From the NCBI GenBank assembly GCA_946965045.2, contig OX337229.1, positions 1,674,001 to 1,738,000 of the forward strand: a DNA stretch of 64,000 nucleotides, written 5' to 3'. Shown piece after piece: positions 56,251-64,000 of the stretch; within the stretch, counting starts at the first letter, position 1; every line of letters starts with the position of its first letter. Source of the DNA: Epithemia pelagica. Lineage: Eukaryota; Protista; Bacillariophyta. A model generated the notes under the pieces. That model saw only the letters and a list, made by a program, of their open reading frames with translations, did no database searches and was not told the origin of the DNA. Both the position numbers and the translations under genes were made by a program.

Positions 56251-59200
56251 CTAGCCACCCGTGGTTATCAACGAACGTCGTCGCATAAAAGGCTTTCTCC
56301 GTCTCACCGGTTTGTCGCTACCAGAAATTCCATCCTGAGCTGCTTTCGATTCTCGTTGCTTCTCTTCTTTGTCCCGTTGTTCATAGTTCGACAAAAGCTC
56401 GGAAACAATCATTTGGCCTTTCGCTTCCCATTCCTTTCGATTGTCCTCAGCATAGTTTAGGCATTCTTCGCTTGCGACACCAAACACACCACACTCTTTT
56501 AGCTTCTTTGCCAACGGGATGATATAACCATCAAAGAACTTCATCTCTCCTTCGTACCAAAAAGTCGATGGATCCTTTGCCATTCGCCCTGCCCTCCAAG
56601 CTGTATACAATTCGTCGAACAGTCGACGGTTCCACTTTTGGTACACGTGCCAATGCTGCATCGTGTGTGCGACATCACTAGCTTGCATTATGTGTTCAAT
56701 GACAATTGTAGCCTTCCTGTGTTCGTCATCGGGATCGTACTCATCATGTTCGGTCGAGAACGCTTTCGCCCAACGATTTTTACGCAGCTCACCGAGTTCC
56801 TTGTCGAAGATGTCCGTCGCCATCACCAAATTCACCACAACCTGCCGGAAACGTTTGTACTCCGCATCAGTCGTGAAAATACATTTCTGGAGGTCTCCAT
56901 ACTCATCAGGACTAAAGAAATAATGTTAGTGACAGAGAAAACTTAATCTCAAAGAGAAATCCGAAGCTCAATACTTACTCCATAAGAAGATCCCACGCCA
57001 GATCGACAGAGTTCTGCTCCGCAATACTTTTCATTTTGTACTTCTTGGCCATTGGAGCGCCTTCCTTCTCCAGCTGTGCATTCGAAACTCCCCAATGATC
57101 TACATCGTGGATCAAAGCGGAGAAAACAACTGCAAATTGCGTGATAGCATCCGATGTGATGCCATACGTGTAGTTATGGAGATCAGAATCGATATTGTCC
57201 GAGGTGGTCAAGTCAATGTTTGGTGTCGTAACTCGCTGCAACAGCTTGTTCACGGACATGACCACGTGTGACGCGTGTTCGAAATTGTGAAAAGGGTTCT
57301 GCCGATACATTGCTCCAATCACTGATACATATCTCTTGAGTTGGGAAACAACCTTGGGAGGCAATTCGAGGGTGTCTGGGTCAACATACCCCTTGACCGC
57401 GGTTGCGTCATACTGTGGCAAACGAATAACTTCCGTAACCTCGTCCAACACCATATGATCCTCCACATCTGTTGACGGCTCGTGGATGACTGGCGGTAGA
57501 CCACCCTGAGAGCAACGCCGTCCAGCCATCAACAACGCATTTCGCCGAGCCACAATACGGCGGAGATGGTGAGTCAGAAGATCAACGTTATAATCGATCA
57601 GTCTTTGGTGTTTCGCACGCTGGGTAACTGATTCGGGAATTTCTTCCTCGTTTCCCCAAATTACAGATGTTTCATGAATTGTGTCGCCCGAAAACTGAGA
57701 AGTATCGCTCATCCTTCGGGTGTGATCCTTGGGGGCGGATCCGATTTCAATCCAGTATGTTTGGAGTTCTCCCTTTCCTTTGGCGTGTACTTTCTTCTCT
57801 CGAGGCCGAAGCCAGTGGGTCTTGCCTTTGTCCTTTAGCATGTCAGCGGTTGCCTGGGAGCACTGGATGCGGTCCCTCTCGCCGGTACTCTCCATGCGGG
57901 CCGCTGTATTGACAGTGTCACCAAACAGTTGGAAGCGTGATCGTTCACCCCTTAAGACACCGGCTGTCACTGGACCTGAATGCAGCCCAAACCGCATACT
58001 CAGATCACCAGTATCAGGCCCAAGGGTAAGTTCGAGTTTGCTGGTTACTTCATTCATCTTGGTACGGCAGTCACGGGCAAATTTCGCCATTACAAGTGCG
58101 TGGTCTTCTTGAGGGTCAGGCAACCCAGTTACCGCAACATAGCTGTCACCAACTGTTTCGACCTTGAAAACACCACGTTTACGGGCAATTCTGAACAAAA
58201 AAGGAGAAGGCTTTTGAGAAAAATGAAACAAGACAAAACAGGAGAGTAACGCGAACGTGACGTACTGATCAAATGAATGGTAAATATTCTCAAGCAATGT
58301 GAAAACCTGTGTTGGTTCACGAAGGGAAGACCACGCCGTGAATCCAGCAATATCCGCAAAAAGAACCGTACAGTGTGGAAATAAATCAGCAATTGGTTTG
58401 TTGAGGCCTGGAGTACCACCGACCGAAGTGTCTGCGTCTGTCAAGAATGACTTGATACTTTTCGAAGCTGGTTCAATCACAACTGAAGGGGCTTTGATCC
58501 CATAATGATCGACGTCATAGTTGTTGCGAGTATTTCCATTCATGACACCTGTGCCTGGAATGCTGGTTCGGACTTGGTTGTTTTCTGATTCACCCTCTCC
58601 TCCCCCGTCATTGAACAAGCGGTCACGAACTGCTTCAGGGAAAAGCGAGGATACAATGGCCGTAGACTGCATGGCCTGGTCCATGACCACCTTCTGACGT
58701 CGTTCCACAAGAAAGTCATAAATGAAGAAAATGGCACAGGCCATTGAGAATACCAAAACAACAACCAGAGTAGAAAGTATAGGTCCATGTGTCACAAACC
58801 TCTCTCTCATTGTGTTCGTAGGGTACAATGAGAGAGAGTAAGGACAATAGTCTTCATCAAAGTCAATTTTCAAAGGTATAGAACTCTTGGAGAGAATTCT
58901 CTTGGATAGCTTGACATTTTTGCGCACATGATCAAACTGATTATCATGTAAGTCTCCTTCTCCCAAATACAAGGTTTGGTGTCCATCGATCCGGTAGCTA
59001 AAGGATTGTCCACAGTCATTCTGGATGACAGCTACAATCCCAGTCTCGGAAGACTGAAGAATGTTCCCGAGACAGGAACGCCAGTAAACAGCCGCCATAA
59101 GTACGCTGACAACCACGCGAGATTGTTCCCCTCCGTTGATGGGTTTCTGAATGAGCGGATAGTACATGGGACTAAAGGGTTCCTCGGCAAATGTGCTATC

Positions 59201-60286
59201 CGGGTTGCCTTGAATAGCTTGTGCCAACAAAGGCCAAGAAACTGGATCTGGTTCTTGCGAGGTATCGGGAGCGATATTGGCCACCTGTTCCAGTACAATC
59301 TTTTGCGTTTTCAAGGCACGGTGAAGGCCCTTCAACTTCGCTACACTTAGCAAGTCCATGTTCAACCAGGATGACAAATTGTCTGCAACAGGATGAGTCT
59401 GCCAGAGCGGAGCATAAGGACCGGTGCCTTCCTTGGAAGGCCCATCAAAGTTAAAGATTTGGCTGCTTACACCGTCCAAATTGCTTTGAGAGAGTTTTCT
59501 TGACTGAACAGTGTTGGAATCTTGAAGAGCCAATGTTCCAGGTGCATGTTTGGGGGCAACATCATCATCATCATTCAACCAGTTCGTATGATGTGGAACA
59601 TATTGCTGCCAAGCAGGACGATCTTCTTCTTTGACGATCGGAAGGACCGAAATACTGGAAGTCTGCGCCATGCTAATGGTAGACGCAGCACGCTGAGGAA
59701 AATCTGGAAACGTGACAGTGGGCCAAACACCGCTCGCATTCCCAACGTGTTCCGCAAACGAGGTTAAATCAATGGCCATGTTCCCCACCGCTTGCCATCG
59801 AAGTTGCCAATTGGACTCTACACTATCAAGAATTTTAGAGGAAGCATCTTGAAAAGCCACAGAAAAGTCTTTTTGCTGTGCACTCGATTGGGTGTAATAG
59901 ACGGTTGCGGAAACGATGACAGTGGTCACAGCCATCACGGTCAAAACTGTCACACGCAACCAGGAAACCGCGCGAGTCTCTCGCTGAGCGAGAAACTCAC
60001 TTGGGTTGGATCCTGTTTCGAACAAGTCATTTTCTTCATCGTTTTGATCCGACGCTGTTTCGGCTAATGATATATTCTCCAAATGGTGATAATCGGCTTG
60101 GTAATCGGGACGAACGCTATTTCCATCGTCATCCATTTCCACAGTTGAACTTGTGCGCTTTTCGTCTTCACTGTCACTTGTCGGTGGTGAAGCTCCAGAC
60201 CGCCTAGAAGTATCTCCGTGCTGCTGACTTGGTTGCTGATCCTGTTGAGTGGAGAGAACCGGCCGGGGAACCCACTCTCTTCTCAT
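56251..60286 (-). CDS. Membrane adenylate/guanylate cyclase - HD-type phosphodiesterase fusion, multi-exon
   Basis: Two TM segments flank a sensor region. Cyclase motifs: TVLFADIAGFT, VETVGD.Y, GLHSG, FQLFGDTVN.AARME. PDE motifs: FHNFEHA, HDVDH, MATD, MQASDVAHTMQ. Confidence 0.92.
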
Positions 60287-62114
60287 GGGTCGTTGTTCGA
60301 GTTGGCGATTGTTGCGTGCATAGACACGCCGAGACGCAAATACGACGAGCGATTTTTGAGGGGCCCGGAAACTCTCCTCGACAAAACTTAGCTGCGGGGC
60401 GATAATCTTTCTACACTCCGTTCTATTGTTTGACTGCTCCGGAGTTCTGGAATTTCGATTGAACAGCTTCCTCCACAACAATCCCAACGAAATATAGGTC
60501 ATTTTCTGCTGCCATTGATGACTAACTCTCGTTTTTTTAGGTCTCAATTGTTAAGCTGCAAGCGGTCTCCCGTCATCCGTTATCCATGTTCCTTAAGTGG
60601 CAGACGCCGGCAGGATCATGTCACACTCTTTTCTTGAATGAGAGATACGGTTGGACTAATTCCATTCTTATTTACGATTACGATCACGCTGCGATGATAT
60701 TGGTTGGGTCCTTACACGTGAAACTCAGCGAAATCGCATTGGGATACTTTCACGGAGAGTGCCGGATGTGCGACCGTCTTTCGTTTAGCTCTATGTGGAG
60801 GTAGAGTCTACACAACATAGCCTAAGAATTTAGTCCTAGAGGAGTAAAATGCACATCATACATCCAATGTAAGGTTATCCAATGGCAAAATCCCTGTCTT
60901 GGCAAGGTCATCACTGTCCGTTTGAAAGTCCAAGGACTTTTGAAAGGTCATGGACATGGATCCCAATCGTTGAATCTCTCTCACAACGGATGCAGTTACA
61001 ACAAACAAGCTCCTTCATCCTCAAAATTCAAAACGATTCCTTTTAGCACGAAAGTGGTAATCTTTGAAACACTTGCCGTCGTACTCCTACCTCGTAGGCA
61101 CATTATATCTGACGAATATGTAGATTTCTCTCTTATCAAGGCATTCTAAAATGTCTTTTGCTCCACAAGCTACGCTTCGAGGAAGGGAATGAGCGTCATC
61201 CCAGAGAAGCAAAGAGATCCATTGTCATCCGATCTTTTCCTTCAAACTTTTGCCGAAGTCTATCGTAGCCTTTCATGGTTGTCAACGCCCTTCGTCTTTG
61301 TATCCCCAACCTACCGGTAGGTAGATAGCCCGGTTGAGTCCTTCGACTCTCTTGATCCGTCCGTGTCCGTGTGGTGGCTTTTGATTGGTCATTGTAACCT
61401 ATAGATGATTGGTGCATATTATTCAACAGGAGAGTGCAGTGCAAGGCAATGTGAGACATCTGAGTGAAAGGTCAAAGGTCCGATGCAAGACAAAGGTCCG
61501 AGTTCTATGGCGGCAGCGGTGTCTGGTTTGTATCATAATGGAGAACAGAGCAGATGCTCCTTGGACATGGCTCTTTTAGATCTGTTGCGGGTGTTCATTT
61601 CCATTGGTCAATTGGCATTTTGGCAGATGGAAAAACCCCATTTGGGCGACAGCCGACGCTGCAACTGCAACCAACCGCAAGCCCCTTTCTTCAACCTTGC
61701 CAGATGCGACTCCCGTGACGCATCTCCGCCAACCCATTGGTAAACATCCATATGGCCCCATCCCATTCCGGATTGGAGTTCTCGTTCAGTCTCGGGACAC
61801 ACACCTCGGAAAAGAGGGAGCTATAACATGAAGAAAGTATCGAAACCAACTGTGGGTTCGCATCCCAGTCACGCTCAGGATTGTCGATTGGCTTCGTATC
61901 ACGGAACAATTCCTCACAGCCGCACAATCAGCGGGCTTCGTCTGTCTTCTCCCGGGTGTGTGGAGATAGGTACTCTCTGACAGTCTCTGACACCCCCTTA
62001 AATGGACGGTCCGCTCAGCATCACCCCACCAAGGCACGATCATCACCAATCCTGTGATCACGTCACGCATGATCTGGCTGCGTCGAAAGGTCCGTTGTCC
62101 CGTAAGGAAGGAAC

Positions 62115-63915
62115 TTGACTTCTTCCTTCCCTTCACGAAGTTCTCATGGGTGGTGGATGTATCTGGTGGGGCGAGGGTTCGGTGATTTTGTATGGGCCAC
62201 GAAAACTCGAACAATCCGCTCCCGAAATGTATCAAAAGAGACCATGACAGGCTTTGTTGTTGTATCGATTGATACGGCACCAAACAGCGACGACAGCGTT
62301 GATGCTTGTAATAGTCGTCTTTCAGACCAAGTAGAAGAGGATAGCTATGCGCAAGAAGCCAGAGCTCGGTCAAGTGCGAAGCACAATCCAGGGTGGCTAC
62401 TTCTGGTAAACGCGCACTCGACGGTGCTTGTATTTGCGCATTACCTAATTTCTGTGAGTGAATTCAAGGTTTCCTCGATTGTTGCTTCAGTGGTATTCCA
62501 TGGCCTAATTGATTTACGTTTTTCGTTGCAGTTGGAAAGTCTTGTCAGCATTGCTCTATCAGTTACCGCAACACTCTATGTTCACCAAACCGCGTCTCCG
62601 GACTTCAACGGTTCCACAATAGATTGGGTGCTGCTTTCATTCGCAGTAATAACTCCAATATCAGCGTCGATTAGCATGGCGTTTAATCGACGCGACCAAG
62701 CACTACGCAGTATTGCCAATTTACGTGCGACGGCACTAGAGCTGTATATGTCGCAGGCCTGTTGGGATTGGGGTTTTCAAAGCGATGCTAAGGGCCAAAA
62801 TGTGAGCACTGGACGATCCAGGTCTCACATTGACTGGCTAGCGCATTCGGACAAAATGCTCTCAGTCATATTAAATTTGTTCTGCGACTTGACGCGCTAT
62901 TTGACCTTGCCGACTTCGTCCAGAGCACGGCATAAGGTTACGACTTCGGGGCAAAGTGAGGCAGATGAACTTCTATCTGTGTCAGCTGAACTATACGAGA
63001 AGGTCATGGATAGATGTTATGGCGTGACCAGACAATGTGAATTGCTAAAGCAATATGGCTTACCACCAAACGAAGCAACTCGAGTGAGACGTAAGTTCGA
63101 AACGGTGTATGAAATGATGTGAAGCCGTCGTCACACCGTCTCCAATGCCAGTTCACTCACCCAAGTTATTCCTTACAGACTGGGAAAGGCTGCTACTGGA
63201 AGAAATTGAAAATATTCGAATGATCAAGCGGTATAGAACACGTACGTAGTCGCTTTCTGAGGAAATGTTGGAACTATTACGTGGATGGTCCACTGACTTT
63301 GGTTTTTCTTGACGTCGACAGCACAAGGACTCCGATCATTTGGCAGACTATTCAGTGTCTGTTTGCCGCCATTTTATGCTCCTTATTATGCACAGCTGGC
63401 AAACGAACTCAATTCCATTGGCGTTGCAATTGCGTTTGCCTGTCTAACCGCAATTGCATTAACGTCACTTTTTGAAACAGTTTCACAGATGGAAGAGTAA
63501 GTGCCTCCTGAATTTTGTCTGTCTTTTCACTAGCCTACTGAAGGGGAGGACGTTTTGTTCGATGAACAAGTTTTGTGTTGGTTTCATTTTCTAACGGACA
63601 ATTGTTATTTTGCTCTGTCACAGTCCATTTGTGAGCCCCTGTGGACTTGATGGCATCAATGTCCCTCAAGGTAAGTTGTCCCCGATGCGTAACTGCAAAG
63701 AAACCGTTTATGTTTTTCGTCCTCTTCTCACTTTGGCTGCATGACTCTCAAATCGATCAACAGAACTCATGTCCAATTTTAGTCCAAGAATCATGCGCCT
63801 ACGGAAAAACGCATTTCCGGACGCTCAACCATTCGAAGACAATGGCGACGAGGAAGCAATGCTGGTCGTCCAATCTCTCGGCCCACTTTTCGGGTCGAGA
63901 ATCCTAAAAGAATAA
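62115..63915 (+). CDS. Bestrophin-like (UPF0187-type) membrane protein, multi-exon; start uncertain
   Basis: TM segments; SMAFNRRDQAL..IA.LR; RTPQGLRSFGRLF; PF...LD.I; spliced stop at 63913-63915. Confidence 0.65.
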
Positions 63916-64000
63916 AGTACATTCCAACGCGACAGTCAAGCACACACACATACCACTAGATGTACAGATTAGTTCATATTTCGGGAACGTCCACTTCAAT

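Noticed and set aside
35112-63915. Anoctamin and bestrophin-like genes as an anion-channel cluster
   Set aside because: They are about 25 kb apart with unrelated genes between them; likely coincidence.

Overview
Eukaryotic, intron-rich, gene-dense DNA; gene content suggests a pennate diatom (inference). Host genes include a kinase-C2H2-PP2C fusion, a CHY/RING E3, a METTL21-like methyltransferase, a cytochrome P450, a RanBP2/RING E3, a PPR protein, DUF1499, anoctamin, selenoprotein T (in-frame UGA and a candidate SECIS), a Pro/Thr/Lys-repeat secreted protein, RMND1/DUF155, a 2H phosphoesterase, a guanylate cyclase-PDE fusion and a bestrophin-like protein. The most notable content is mobile. 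(1) An apparently intact 8.1-kb Ngaro-type tyrosine-recombinase retrotransposon (46438-54551) has split direct repeats, and its gag-like and RT/RNaseH ORFs lie in the same frame separated by one UGA-C codon. (2) A four-gene Harbinger/IS5-type cassette is bracketed by same-strand 11-bp repeat arrays (about 25.6-30.0 kb). (3) Two MULE-like non-autonomous elements with 10-bp TSDs, compensatory terminal hairpins and mutually inverted interiors lie at 5.9-7.5 kb. (4) A TA-flanked MITE lies at 2.2-2.8 kb. Family assignments come from motif recognition by eye; no database searches were run.
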